64,000 nucleotides of DNA. Origin: Dehalococcoidia bacterium (GTDB taxonomy: Bacteria > Chloroflexota > Dehalococcoidia > Lucifugimonadales > VXLM01). This document shows, piece after piece, positions 21,738 through 33,500 of this stretch. Below the pieces are notes generated by a model. The model had not been told where the DNA came from. It saw nothing but the letters and a program-made list of their open reading frames with translations, and made no database searches. The first letter of the stretch is position 1; each line of letters opens with the position of its first letter. The stretch is from positions 1,644,507-1,708,506 of the forward strand of contig OY759598.1 of the NCBI GenBank assembly GCA_963662435.1, read 5' to 3'. The position numbers and the translations under genes are program-made.

Positions 21738-22571
21738 TTACGATAACGGCTTGTTGGCTACCGCTTCACCATACGCGATGGTAACGAACGCGGCGGCATG
21801 GTCCTTCCACCTGTCATAGGCTACGCGTATGGCGTTGCACAGGTCTTCAGTCGCAGCACCGTACTTTATGGCCGCCTCAGTGATCTCGGGGGACAGGAAC
21901 CAGTCATTGGCGAGACCGTAGATAAAGGTGATTTCATCGGGTGTGGAGTAGGGGGAGAAGGAAGCGGTCACGCGGACGTTGGCAAACCCGGCATCGAGGA
22001 TGTGTTCCTTCAACTCTTTGCCCATTTGCGGATGCCCGTCGTCGGCCCTCAGAAGATCTTCGAAAATGTCCCACGATTTTCTAATAATTCCGAAGTCGGG
22101 ATACGTGAAGCTCGACGCACTTATCATTTCACGGCAGCCGATCATGCCGCCGGGCTTCAGGACGCGCTTGACCTCCGCGAGTACAGCAGTGGTGTCCGGG
22201 ACGTGCATGAGAAGATTATGGCAGTGAGCGACATCGAAGAAATCGTCTTCGAACGGAAGATCGGTCACGTCGCCAACATGGAATATCGCGTTGTCCTGTC
22301 CACCCGCCTCTGCCACGGCCCTAGCCAGCTCAACCTGGGACTCCTCCATATCGACGCCGTGCAACTCGCCGGGAGCTACGGCCTTGGCCAGACCAACCGA
22401 TATGGTGCCCGGCCCGCAGCCGAAGTCCAGAATGCGATGGCCCGGCCTGAGGTGTGGGAGCAAATACGCGGCGTTGACCTCCGCCTTGAATCGCCTGAGG
22501 GACTGGAGAATTCCTTCATTGAAACCCATGGTATAGTCGGGTGTCGCCGACGTCTCTTGAGTCGTTGTCAT
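21738..22571 (-). CDS. Class I SAM-dependent methyltransferase (UbiE-like), paralog 3
   Basis: ILDFGCGPG, GDVTDLPFEDDFFD, RVLKPGG. Start set by alignment with the paralogs. Confidence 0.93.
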   Translation of the reverse strand: MTTTQETSATPDYTMGFNEGILQSLRRFKAEVNAAYLLPHLRPGHRILDFGCGPGTISVGLAKAVAPGELHGVDMEESQVELARAVAEAGGQDNAIFHVGDVTDLPFEDDFFDVAHCHNLLMHVPDTTAVLAEVKRVLKPGGMIGCREMISASSFTYPDFGIIRKSWDIFEDLLRADDGHPQMGKELKEHILDAGFANVRVTASFSPYSTPDEITFIYGLANDWFLSPEITEAAIKYGAATEDLCNAIRVAYDRWKDHAAAFVTIAYGEAVANKPLS

Positions 22572-22789
22572 ACTCGCTGCACCGTCATCAATCCGAAGCT
22601 TCAGGAAGTCTGCGGACTGAAACAAAGGCTCCGATGTCGTCTCCGCTTCCGCCTCCGTAGAATAGGTTGCCGGTCCTAGCGGTGCTCATATAGAGCAGTC
22701 TTGCACTGGGCTGCTTTCGGACAAGCGTCATACACCTTACTTCCCATTGTGAACGACATCAGAAGTTCATTGTACAACATAGTAGTTGG

Positions 22790-22848
22790 CCGTCCGAATT
22801 GAGCTTGTCGAATTGCCGGTTCACGTTTCGATAGGCTCGAAGCGAACG
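22790..22848. repeat. Degenerate REP-like doublet
   Basis: CCGTCCGAATTGAGCTTGTCGAA...TTCGATAGGCTCGAAGCGAACG resembles the TTCGACAGGCTCAGGGCGAACG unit at 63451 and its complement. Confidence 0.55.
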
Positions 22849-22894
22849 AACTTTGGCAAGGCCCCGGAGACGCCTCGCAGCCGAGCTACGCGGG

Positions 22895-23731
22895 TCAGGG
22901 TAGCGGCTTGTTGGCTACTGCTTCACCAAAGGCGACGCAGCAGATCGCGCTGGGGTGGTCCTTCCATCTGTCGTAGGCGACGCTTATGGCGTTGCCCAGT
23001 TCTTTGGTCGCAGCCCCGTACTTTATAGCCGCCCCCGTGATCTCGGACGACAGTAACCACTCACTGGCAAAGCAAAAGATGAACAGAACATCTTCGGGAG
23101 AGCTGTAGACATCGAAAGATGCGGTTATCCGGGGATTGGCAAACCCGGCATTGAGGACGTGGCCCTTCAACTCTTTGCCCATCTGTGGATGCCCGTCGTC
23201 AGCCGCCACGAGATCCTCGAACATGTCCCAAGATCTTCCTATGACGTCGTCGAAGTCGGGATACGTGAAGCAGGACGCGGTTATCATTTCACGGCAGCCG
23301 ATGAGACCTCCCGGCTTCAGGACGCGCTTGACCTCGGCAAGCACCGTGGCAGTGTCCGGGACGTGCATGAGGACGTTGCGGCAGTGAGCGACGTCAAAGA
23401 AGCCGTCTTCGAAGGGAAGATCGGTAACGTCGCCAACGTGGAATGTCGTGTTGTCCTGACCACTCGCCTCGGCCACGGATCGGGCCAACTCAATCTGGGA
23501 CTCCTCCATGTCGACGCCGTGGAGTTCGCCGGGCGCCACGGCCTTGGCCAGACTAACCGATAAGGTGCCCGGTCCGCAGCCGAAGTCAAGAATGCGTTGG
23601 CCGGGTCTGAGATGTGGGAGCAGATACGCGGCGCTGGACTCGGCCGTTCGTCGTCGGAGGGACTGAAGCATCTCTTCACTGAAGCCCATCGTGTAGTCGG
23701 GCGTCGCTGACGTCTGGTGAGTCATTGTCAA
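22895..23731 (-). CDS. Class I SAM-dependent methyltransferase, paralog 2
   Basis: Same motifs; highly similar to both neighbours. Confidence 0.93.
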   Translation of the reverse strand: MTMTHQTSATPDYTMGFSEEMLQSLRRRTAESSAAYLLPHLRPGQRILDFGCGPGTLSVSLAKAVAPGELHGVDMEESQIELARSVAEASGQDNTTFHVGDVTDLPFEDGFFDVAHCRNVLMHVPDTATVLAEVKRVLKPGGLIGCREMITASCFTYPDFDDVIGRSWDMFEDLVAADDGHPQMGKELKGHVLNAGFANPRITASFDVYSSPEDVLFIFCFASEWLLSSEITGAAIKYGAATKELGNAISVAYDRWKDHPSAICCVAFGEAVANKPLP

Positions 23732-24037
23732 AATCGCTCCACTTTCATCAATGAGTTGGCAATCCGCAGTTTCAGAAAGTATATGGACCGAACAAACGAG
23801 CGACCTGTGTCGTCTCCACCACCGGCGAGAAGTCCGTTGCGTGTCCTCGTAGTTCCCTTATTGAACATGAAGAATTTTCCTCGTAACCGGGCAAAATGAA
23901 GCATGTCACCTCGTGGTTTTACGGTTGCCGGTAGATATTTTGGCGGTCTTGCACAGAGCTGCTGCCGATCGAGCGTCATGCACAATACTTCCCACTATTA
24001 ATAAATATATGAGCTCTCTGTACAGTGTGGCGGATGG

Positions 24038-24096
24038 CCGTTTGGACTAAGCTTGTCGAAGAGCCCTTTTGCGGTTCAAAAGGCTCATAGCCAACG
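24038..24096. repeat. Degenerate REP-like doublet
   Basis: CCGTTTGGACTAAGCTTGTCGAA...GTTCAAAAGGCTCATAGCCAACG; homologous to 22790..22848. Confidence 0.5.
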
Positions 24097-24141
24097 ATCT
24101 CTGGTAAGGTCCTGAGACGCCTCGCCGCCGGGCTAAACCCG

Positions 24142-24969
24142 TCAGGATAGCGGCTTGTTGGCTACGGCTTCGCCGAATGCTACGCCGCAGATCGCGCCTG
24201 GGTGATCTTTCCACCTGTCATAGGCGACGCCTATGGCTTTGCATAGTTCTTCAGTCGCGGCCCCGTACTTTATGGCCGCCTCCGTGATCTCGGGCGACAG
24301 GAACCACAGATCGGCCAGGCCGTAGATGAAGATGACGTCCTCGGGCGTGCCGTAGACATCAAAAGAAGCGGTTATCCGGGGATTTGCGAACCCGGCATCG
24401 AGAATGTGGCCTTTCAACTCTTTCCCCATCTGAGGATGTCCGTCGTCAGCCACCAGAAGGTCTTCCATCATGTCCCAAGCTTTTCTGATGACGCCGAAGT
24501 CGGGATGAGTGAAGCTGGACGCGCATATCATCTCACGACAGCCGATTATTCCTCCGGGCTTCAGGACGCGTTTAACCTCCGTGAGCACGGCGGATGTGTC
24601 CGGAACGTGCACAAGAACGTTATGGCAGTGAGCGACATCGAAGAAGTCGTCTTCAAAGGGAAGGTCGGTCACGTCCCCTACGTGAAATATCGCGTTCTCC
24701 TGTCCACTTGCATCGACCACGGCCCTGGCCAACTCAATCTGGGACTCCTCCATGTCGACGCCGTGTAACTCGCCGGGCGCTACGGCCTTGGCCAGACCGA
24801 CCGAAATGGTGCCCGGTCCGCAACCGAAGTCGAGAGCGCGAAGGCCCGGCCTGAGATGCGGGAGCAAATGCGCTGCGCTGGCCTGTGCCGTATATCGCCT
24901 TAGTGACTGCAGAAACTCTTCGCTGAAGCCCATCGTGTAGTCTGGCGTCGCCGACCTTTGGTCGGTCAT
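24142..24969 (-). CDS. Class I SAM-dependent methyltransferase, paralog 1
   Basis: Same motifs; AGGAGG upstream. Confidence 0.93.
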   Translation of the reverse strand: MTDQRSATPDYTMGFSEEFLQSLRRYTAQASAAHLLPHLRPGLRALDFGCGPGTISVGLAKAVAPGELHGVDMEESQIELARAVVDASGQENAIFHVGDVTDLPFEDDFFDVAHCHNVLVHVPDTSAVLTEVKRVLKPGGIIGCREMICASSFTHPDFGVIRKAWDMMEDLLVADDGHPQMGKELKGHILDAGFANPRITASFDVYGTPEDVIFIYGLADLWFLSPEITEAAIKYGAATEELCKAIGVAYDRWKDHPGAICGVAFGEAVANKPLS

Positions 24970-26765
24970 AGGGGTATCTGTCGTATCCTCCTAATTCAGT
25001 TTAGTCCGAATGAATCCGTTGTGATTAACTAGGCACCAGAAACCGAGATGTCAATATCGTGGGAATAGGGGAATATCTACGGTGCTTTCGTGCAGGTGGG
25101 AGAATGACTGGCAGGGCGTTCACTCCTCCGAATCCTCTGGCCCAGAGAATCGGAAGCCAACTCGGGCAACCTTCCCTATGGGTTAGAGAGTTCCCCCGAT
25201 TGTTCACGTATCGCGTCACGCCATGGATTCCAGCAGGCATTGAGAATCCTAAAACAGGATGCTACCAATCCAATATCACCTGTATTGTCTCTATTAAACA
25301 CCATGCTAAATCTCCATTGTACAACAGATAAAATGCGGTTGTGTGACCTAAGTGTTACTATTCGGGCGATATTTGTGGTATTTTATAATCTTTCGTCGGC
25401 AATCGCAGCACTGTGGCTGTTGGCACCAACTCCTGTCAGTGTCTATGGATGGGAGCACCGAGGGTCTCGGGGCTCCCATCCACATGTTGAGATTGGGCAG
25501 TCGGGCAAGCTGGTACGTACGGCTCTTCAAGCCGAATGAATACAGCTTGCATTTGGTTGAAGACGCGGACCCCATTCTAGCCCGGGAGAGTCCACCGGCG
25601 AACTCCTCCTATTAAGTCTGAGTGACTTCTAGCCGACTCACCCTAACTGCGCCCATAGGGTCCGGGGCCGCAACTTATCAATTGGACACTCGAATGACCC
25701 ATGATTGGATCCTCTCCGATGGGCCTCTTCTATCGCCTCTTCCACAATACGATAAGCATTGGAAGAAGGAGGAATAACAAAAGCAGGCGGACGTGCATAA
25801 ATGCAAAGTCGTCGATGGTCAATATCCTTCATGACCGTAGGGCGGTTGTAGACTTACCCCGCCTCGATCACGACCTGGGCTCCTCACCTCGCGTCCATGA
25901 CTGCATCTATCAAGTCTTGCTTGAAATCACGGTCCCACGACCATCCTTCCTCGAAGCGCTCACGGGCGGGCAAGGAGTCTGAATTTGCGCGAAAACCCTA
26001 CCCTTCTTGAACGGAGGGGGGCGGTTGTTCCAAGGTCGAAGGTCTTTGGTTCCTGCCTCGCCGGAACTCAAGATGATCGAATTGGCAGTGCCTCCGGTTG
26101 AGGCAGTTCGGCGCCGTCAATGCCTATCGCCAGTCATGAATCGAAACCTACAAAGGACGTCATGGGACTCTCAGTTCCTCGTGGAGGATACTGCAAATCT
26201 CATCCCTTGACTCTTCTCGCATTGTTCCTGCAGGTTTGCCCAGTGCATAGTGCCTACCCTTCGGCAGATACCAATATACCTTGAACAGATTCAAGGCAAT
26301 GGCGCCATCGGTGACCCACGCAATAGACGCAAACATAGCAGGCCTGCCTTGAAGTTGGCAGGTCGAGGATTTGACATAGCCGCGCTATAGCGCTAGCGTG
26401 AGACTACGGTGGGTTTCAGTCTATTCCACCGGGTTCTTGAAAGTGCGCTGTAGACTCAACAGGCTTACCTTACTCTGCGCATTCGTCGTCTGTATTCGTG
26501 TTGGGCGTATTACAGATTCATGGCACCACTGTCCCCGACGCTGTCGGACCAAGATCCACTCCATCCAGTTCGCTAGTAAGTAACCGCAATTCTCGCTAGC
26601 GGACTCTGCCATGAAGCCCTTGGACTTCTGAAGATACAGGGGCGGGAAGACCGGGGCCGACGCTGTAGTGCCATGAACGCCGGATTGCTTGTCGGCAAGT
26701 GGGAGAAACGACGCATGTCCTCGCCGCTGGCACGACCGGCCGACACCCCGATTGGTTCTCCATGG

Positions 26766-26843
26766 TTACATGCCTCTGAATAAGGCATAGATAGCCAGAA
26801 AGAAGATCACCAGCGAAACCAACACAATCAAGGCCTCAAACAT
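26766..26843 (-). CDS. 25-aa single-TM peptide (KdpF-like)
   Basis: GAGGAG RBS, then ATG; MFEALIVLVSLVIFFLAIYALFRGM*. Below the ORF-track length cutoff. Confidence 0.5.
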   Translation of the reverse strand: MFEALIVLVSLVIFFLAIYALFRGM

Positions 26844-27266
26844 GGCTCCTCACTTTGATCACTCGTCCGGAAAGTGAATCCGCCACGCTTCTAAGAGTGA
26901 GTGGGGTTTCAACACGAATTGCACATACGAGGAAGTTGGCTAGTTTTCTCATTCTGATCTTCTGGCTGCGGTGCCCACAGTCGCCGATCCTTTGGAGCCG
27001 GAGTACCTGCGTCCGTAGGCTTGACCAAGGTATGTACCTAGAAACATGCCAGTGTAGGCGACTTGAAGCCAGCGTGTACCAACGGCAACCATGGTGCATC
27101 ACCATACACTATTCATGTAACCTGGACGTTAATTTTTGGCCTATATTCAATGATTTCTTGTAACCTTAGGTGGATACTGATATGATTGCCCCCGCGAGTT
27201 GCGAATCCTATTGGTCAGCGAGGACAAGTGTATTCGGGACATACGCTGTCCAAATGAGGTGAAGAG

Positions 27267-29642
27267 ATGACGCGACATGACGAACTGATGCGAGAGAATG
27301 AGGCACTTCGAGAACGACTCACCAGGCTGAGTGAGGCCAGTCTTCGCATCAACGAGAGCCTGGACTTTGACACCGTCTTGCAGGAGGTCGTTGACAGTGC
27401 ACGAACACTAACGGAATCCCGCTACGGGGCCATAACCGTCTTTGGCGAAGCTGGGCAGATGCCCGACTTCATCGTCTCTGGTTTGACCAAGGATGAGCAC
27501 CAGGGGTTGTGGGGCATGCCGGAGGGACAGAGATTCTTTCAGTATCTCAGCAGGGTTAGCATGCCTCTGCGGGTATCGAATATCGACAGCCATTTGAAAG
27601 CATTGAACATGCCCGAGTTCCTGCCTTCGGTTTCCGTGACCTCCCTGCTGGTGGCGCCGATCCGTCATCAAGCAGTGGGAGTCGGCACGATCTATTTGTC
27701 CCATGGAGCGGAAGGTCGGGAATTCACACAGGAGGACGAGGAGACTCTGGTGCTTTTCGCCTCCCAAGCTGCGACGGCCATTGCCAACGCGCGCAGACAT
27801 AGGAAAGAGCAGCGGGCCAAGTCCGACCTGGAGACTTTGATAGACACTTCTCCGGTAGGCGTGGTGGTCTTCAACGCCAGGACGGGAATGCCTGAGTCCG
27901 TCAATAGGGAGGCACGGAGGATTGGCGACATCCTGCGTAAACCCGATCAGACTACGGAGCAATTGCTCGAAATAATGACCCTCAAGCGCGCCGACGGTCA
28001 GGAGATTTCTCTGAAAGAGTTTCAAATGTCCGAGCTTCTGAGCATTGGAGAGACGTTGCGGGCCGAGGAAATCGTCATGCGAGTTCCCAACGGCGCGAGC
28101 GTCACAACCATCGTCAACGCAACTCCGATTCTTTCCAGTGAAGGCGTAGTTGAGTCGATGATCGTCACACTGCAGGACATGGCGGCAGTAGAGGAACTGG
28201 AGCGGCTACGGGCAGAGTTCTTAGCGATGGTCAGCCACGAGCTCAGGGCCCCCCTGACCTCCATTAAGGGTTCAGCCGCTACCGTGCTGGGTTCATCAGT
28301 GGACCTCGACTCCGCGGTGGTCCGCCAGTTTTTCCGTATCATTGAGGATCAGGCCGACCACATGAACGCCCTAGTCTCCGACCTGCTGGACGTGGCGCGC
28401 ATAGAGACGGGTACGCTGCCGGTCAGTCAGGAACCCGCAGAAGCGGCCGTGCTGGTGGACCGGGCCAGAAACGGCTTCATAAACGCGGGGGGCAGGAACA
28501 ACCTCGCGGTTGATATCGAACCGGGCCTTCCCCTGGTAATGGCGGACAAAAGACGCATTGTCCAGGTGATGGGCAACTTGCTTTCTAACGCAGCTCGACA
28601 CTCCTCTGAATCGACACTAATCAAGGTGACCGCCGTGCAAGAGGACGTTTACGTTGCAATCTCGGTTGCTGACGAGGGACGAGGCATCCCGGCGGAGAGC
28701 CTGCCAAATTTGTTTAACAAGTTCTCCATGATTAAGTCCGAGGAACAGGGAGGCGACACGGGTTTGGGCCTAGCCATCTGCAAAGGGATTGTGGAGGCAC
28801 ATGGGGGCCGCATCTGGGCCGAGAGCGACGGACCGGGTCTCGGCGCACGCTTCACTTTCACACTTCCGACGATCGAGGAACCAGTGAGCAGCACGGCGAT
28901 CGGATCCCAAACAGTCTCTACTCGCCCTCGCCGACAAAGGCGGGGCAATGAAGGAGAACCGATATCCGTCCTCGTAGTGGACGACGACCCTCAGACCCTC
29001 AAGTACGTCCGTGACATTCTCTCCCAATCGGGCTACGCTCCAATTGTGACAGGTGACCCGGCGGATGCGCTGCGTCTCATGGAGGAGGAGAAACCGAACC
29101 TCGTCCTGCTCGATCTCATGCTTCCGGAGACTGATGGCATTGAGCTGATGAAGACCATCTTGAAAAAGGCAGACGTGCCGGTCATCTTCCTCTCGGCCTA
29201 TGGTAGAGAAGAGCTTATTGCAAGGGCATTCGACATGGGGGCCGTCGACTACGTCGTCAAGCCCTTTTCGCCGACGGAGTTGGCGGCGAGGATTAGGGCC
29301 GCCCTCCGACGGCGCGAAGCCTTCGAACCAACGGAACCGTACAAGACGGGCGAACTGACCATTGACTACGCCAATCGTAGAGTGACCCTAGCCGGTCGTC
29401 TGGTGGAACTGGTACCCATGGAGTACCGGATGCTCGCCGAGCTTTCCGCCAACGCAGGACGCGTCGTGACCTACGAATATCTGTTGGAGCGAGTCTGGGG
29501 TGAAAAGAACAGCGGAGACGTGCGGCCCATGCGAACCATCGTTAGCAAGCTCCGTCGCAAGCTGGGGGACGACGCCGATAGTCCCTCCTTTATTTTTACC
29601 GAGGCCCGAGTCGGCTACCGAATGCCGAAGGGCAGTACGTAG
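27267..29642 (+). CDS. Cytoplasmic hybrid GAF-PAS-histidine kinase-receiver-OmpR-type wHTH protein
   Basis: SHELRAPLTSI H-box, NLLSNA, DEGRGI, GLGLAI; receiver VVDDD/LLDLMLP/KPF; KdpE-like LRRKLGDD..FTEARVGYR; no TM. Confidence 0.93.
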   Translation: MTRHDELMRENEALRERLTRLSEASLRINESLDFDTVLQEVVDSARTLTESRYGAITVFGEAGQMPDFIVSGLTKDEHQGLWGMPEGQRFFQYLSRVSMPLRVSNIDSHLKALNMPEFLPSVSVTSLLVAPIRHQAVGVGTIYLSHGAEGREFTQEDEETLVLFASQAATAIANARRHRKEQRAKSDLETLIDTSPVGVVVFNARTGMPESVNREARRIGDILRKPDQTTEQLLEIMTLKRADGQEISLKEFQMSELLSIGETLRAEEIVMRVPNGASVTTIVNATPILSSEGVVESMIVTLQDMAAVEELERLRAEFLAMVSHELRAPLTSIKGSAATVLGSSVDLDSAVVRQFFRIIEDQADHMNALVSDLLDVARIETGTLPVSQEPAEAAVLVDRARNGFINAGGRNNLAVDIEPGLPLVMADKRRIVQVMGNLLSNAARHSSESTLIKVTAVQEDVYVAISVADEGRGIPAESLPNLFNKFSMIKSEEQGGDTGLGLAICKGIVEAHGGRIWAESDGPGLGARFTFTLPTIEEPVSSTAIGSQTVSTRPRRQRRGNEGEPISVLVVDDDPQTLKYVRDILSQSGYAPIVTGDPADALRLMEEEKPNLVLLDLMLPETDGIELMKTILKKADVPVIFLSAYGREELIARAFDMGAVDYVVKPFSPTELAARIRAALRRREAFEPTEPYKTGELTIDYANRRVTLAGRLVELVPMEYRMLAELSANAGRVVTYEYLLERVWGEKNSGDVRPMRTIVSKLRRKLGDDADSPSFIFTEARVGYRMPKGST

Positions 29643-30539
29643 AATCGGGCAGAACCTCTAGCCTGCCAGAGTGGATCGCTATCGGCATTGGGTGGAAACC
29701 CGGGTCATCTGCCACATAAGGGCTCTCTAGTGTAGGAGCACATGTTCCGCTAGTTCCTACTCGGCTTCCTGCCAAGTTACGGACTCATCCAGAGCTACCA
29801 CTTCTTTTTCTTTGGAAGATCATAGAAGGTTATAGACAATTGGCACCCGTTAACGCCCAAGTCATATGCACCCTGTTAGGATAGACAGGCCAGTCTGGCA
29901 AGCATGGGATGTAGTACCTCCGCAACCTGAATAGGATCTAATGTGCACAGGGGCGAAGGAGTGCTCAGAGGTGACGGACTTACAGCCGGGCACCGCTGAG
30001 CTTGGGCGGCGCGAATGATCGAGACACTCGTAGCTTCTGTAGGGTCGCCCACGCCCACCAATAGCTGTCATGGCAAATGGACACCTGAGAGTCGCCGGTG
30101 GCTGGGTTTTGAGTCCCCCTCTCCTCTCGTGACCGGCGACACTCTCCCGTGAAGACTTGGCTGTGTTTACACTTCTTTTGAGCTGAGTATGTGTTAGTTG
30201 CTACACCAAAATCGGAATTAGGTCAAAGCTTTGCGAGCTCCTTCAAGGTCAGCCTGACTTGTCCGTTGGCGTCCCTAGGTTGCTGCACCACAGGCCAACT
30301 CAGTGTGAGGTTGTCGGCATCTACGGTCGCATCGCAACTTTCAGTGACAATGAAGTCGTCTAATCCAACCCGAAGAGTTCCAGAACGTGGCCCGCTAACG
30401 TGTCGTCAGGCTTGAAATCGGCATCGCCATGCAGGAAGCACATCCTTCGGACCTGGAAGCCTCCGGCAGTTCGTTCGCTCTGCCCTTGACACCTAATGTG
30501 TCCGAAGAAGTGACGAAATCGATCTGATTCGGATGTCTG

Positions 30540-33500
30540 TTGAGCGGATTGAGACACCTCCTGAAGCTATTAGGTGTTATGTTGCTTGAGAAAATCGGTT
30601 TCCGCTTCCGTCTAGCGGTGGATCATGGCCTGACAATACGATCATCACTCCTGGTGACGCTGGCATTGGCCGCGCTTTCCGTCATGTCGGTAATGTCATC
30701 TACCAATGTCCTATCTTGGGGAACGGCATCTGCTCAGATATCGAGGCCAGCCATCCACTCGGTGCACCCCGAGCCACCTCACTGCGTATTGCACGATTCA
30801 CCTTATGAAAGTGACAGACTACTTACGTTGACCGGAGAAAATCTGACCGCCGCCGGGGGGAGTGGACGAGTCGAGTTCCTTGAAGTCGCTACCGGAGCGA
30901 TCACGGATCCCATTGCTCAGGATGTCGATTGGTTGGACCCTCGTCGGATAACGGTTGACATGGCATTGGTACAGCAGTCCTTTCGTCCAGAAAGCCGAAT
31001 ACGTCTCAGGGTACGAATCGTTTCGGCAGAAACCTCAGGATTGGCCTCAAAGTGGTCCGATGAATTCATACTGGCTCACGATGAGTCGAGTTGTGGTTTG
31101 CCGAGGCCATTCCCTTCCACTTCGCCTATTCGGGGAATCGCCGGCGACTTTTGGGCGGATATCATCCTTGGAAAGCCTGATTTCACGCAGATAGCCCCGA
31201 AGAGTGTCGTGCCGTTTAAGGTGAATAACCCAACGGGAGTTGTGGTGGATCGCTCAGTTGATCCGGGTAGAGCATACGTTTGGGACTCCGGCAACAGTCG
31301 AATTCTAGGGATAGACCTTGGAGTGTGCTATGAAGGAGCCACTCCCTGCTCAGCCGACATAATTATCGGCCAGCCTTCTGGATACGACCATGCGGCTTGC
31401 AATGGTGATAATGGAGTGCAGAACTTCCCAATGCGGGCACGCCCAACGGCAGAAACCTTGTGCGGAATCCCCGACCATTCCCTCAGCCCGTGGGAGGGGT
31501 ATTCGTTCGTAACGATGGCAGTCGACGGCGATGGGAACCTCTACGTTCCAGACTCCTACAATCACAGGGTCCTGAAGTACAACAGCCCCTTTGAGAGCGA
31601 CTCCATCGCCGATAAAGTCTGGGGGCAGACTGATTTTTCGGGCATGGTCTGCAATCGAGGTGACCTAGACAATCCCACCGCAGAGTCCCTCTGCTTCCAC
31701 TCAGACTCGATTCGTTTCACGCTGAATCGTCACGGGGCTGGAGTGGAGATCGATTCTGGGGGCAATATGTGGGTGGCGGATACAGGGAACAACCGGGTGC
31801 TGCGCTTTCCCGCACACCCCAGTACGGGCGAGATCGCCGAGAGCGCTGACCTGGTCCTGGGCCAAACCGACTTCATCACGGCGGAACCAGGGAGCTCACC
31901 CACCAAGTTACACGCCCCGTCCGCTATCAGGTTCGATTCGCTGGGCTTGCTCTATGTCGCCGACGCCGCCAACGACAGAGTCTTGGTCTTCGAGCCTCCG
32001 TTCGTGTCGGGTGCTCCAGCAGCCAAGACGTATGGTTCCCAGCTTCACCACCCATCGTCACTCGAAGTCGATCCGTTCGGTCGGGGCGTATGGGTCGTAG
32101 ACTCCGGGAACTATATGGTGGAGTTGTGGGACACAACGGGAACCAACGTATTGCAAGTCTTGGGGAAAGACTCCTATCAGCCGAATCGTGAATGTGGCCC
32201 TCCAATGACTGGGGTACCCGGCGGTTCCCACTTGTGTCCATTTGGTGGAGGTGTTGGACTTGACAGCCGAGGAAATTTACTCGTTCCCGTATATCACGGT
32301 GCAGCTGATGTCTTCCGCTTTGCTACTTTAGCTGCACAGATTGATGGCACCCAATCCCGTAATCCCGACAGAAGGTTCTTTTTCCCGCCTCTTGAGGACA
32401 ATTTCAGGGACAGGAAGGGCATTCATTCCGCAAGGGGCGTCGCAACGTGGCAAGATCAGTTCATAGTATCCGACATCAAGAGGCTCATGTTCTGGAATGG
32501 ACTGGACAAACTGGTCAACGGACAACCCTCCGACGGTGTGGTTGGGGATGAGTTTGCAGTTGAGGGTTGGCCGTATTGCTGCGGCAGGATCAAGGTAGAC
32601 GCGGCAGGCAGACTGTGGGTACTGGGATTCGAGGGTAGACATTTCCTTGACGTCTACCAACTCCCCTTGACCGAAAGCTCCGTACCCATACACACTATAT
32701 GGAAGGAGTCGGCTTCCTTCCCGGTACTGGGGACTGTGGAGCGGACTGCTCTTGGGGGAGGAGTTGTCGGCCTAGCGCCCGAAGGAAGTGGCGAAAGCCT
32801 TTGGATTAGCGATACGGACAATCACCGTGTCCTTCGCATCCGCGACCCACTGACTGACCCGGTAGTGGACGTGATACTCGGGCAAGAGGACGCCGCGGGC
32901 GGTCAATGCAATCGGGGAAGGTTCCCAGCAGGGGAACCTTCGGAAATACAGAGTGGCGAGAACCTCGACCTACTCTGTTTTCCTGGGGCGCTGTCCGTCG
33001 ACAGAGCCGGAAACCTCTACGTTTCCGATCACGCGCTGGAGATAAACGGAAATCGACGCCTGCTGGTCTTTTCGGCGGAATCAACGCCCTCCACCAATTC
33101 GGAGGCGATCTTCGCACCGCTGGCGACTAAGGTTTTCACGCGTTCGGCCGTGGGTCGGGACAACTTGTGGGTAGATCCCTGGGTGCCTGGAGCAGTCATC
33201 CGGGAAAACGGGCGGTCTCCATACGACAGTCTCTCGGCAGCCACCTGGGAACCGGCATTCGACAGCACGAACAGAATGGTCGTTGGATATAACGCCTATG
33301 AGGGCCCCAGATTCGTGGGCATATACGATGATCCCTTGGGCCAGCAGGAACACCCAACATCGTTCCTACATGACTTCGGGTCTATGCCGTACACGGCAAC
33401 CTTCGATGAAAACGACAATCTCTATGTCGGCGATATCAATCGCGCTCGAGTGCTCGTGTATCGTAATCCATTCAACAACAAGCCTGAGCCAGCAGAACAG

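Noticed and set aside
25160..25240. c-di-AMP (ydaO) riboswitch (GCTGGAATCC..CGGGGGAAC on the minus strand)
   Set aside because: The 3' conserved CCCGTCAGCTAA element is missing.
26866..26895. Possible sixth att-like core (CCGGAAAGTGAATCCG)
   Set aside because: Neither the arms nor the flank motifs are recognisable.
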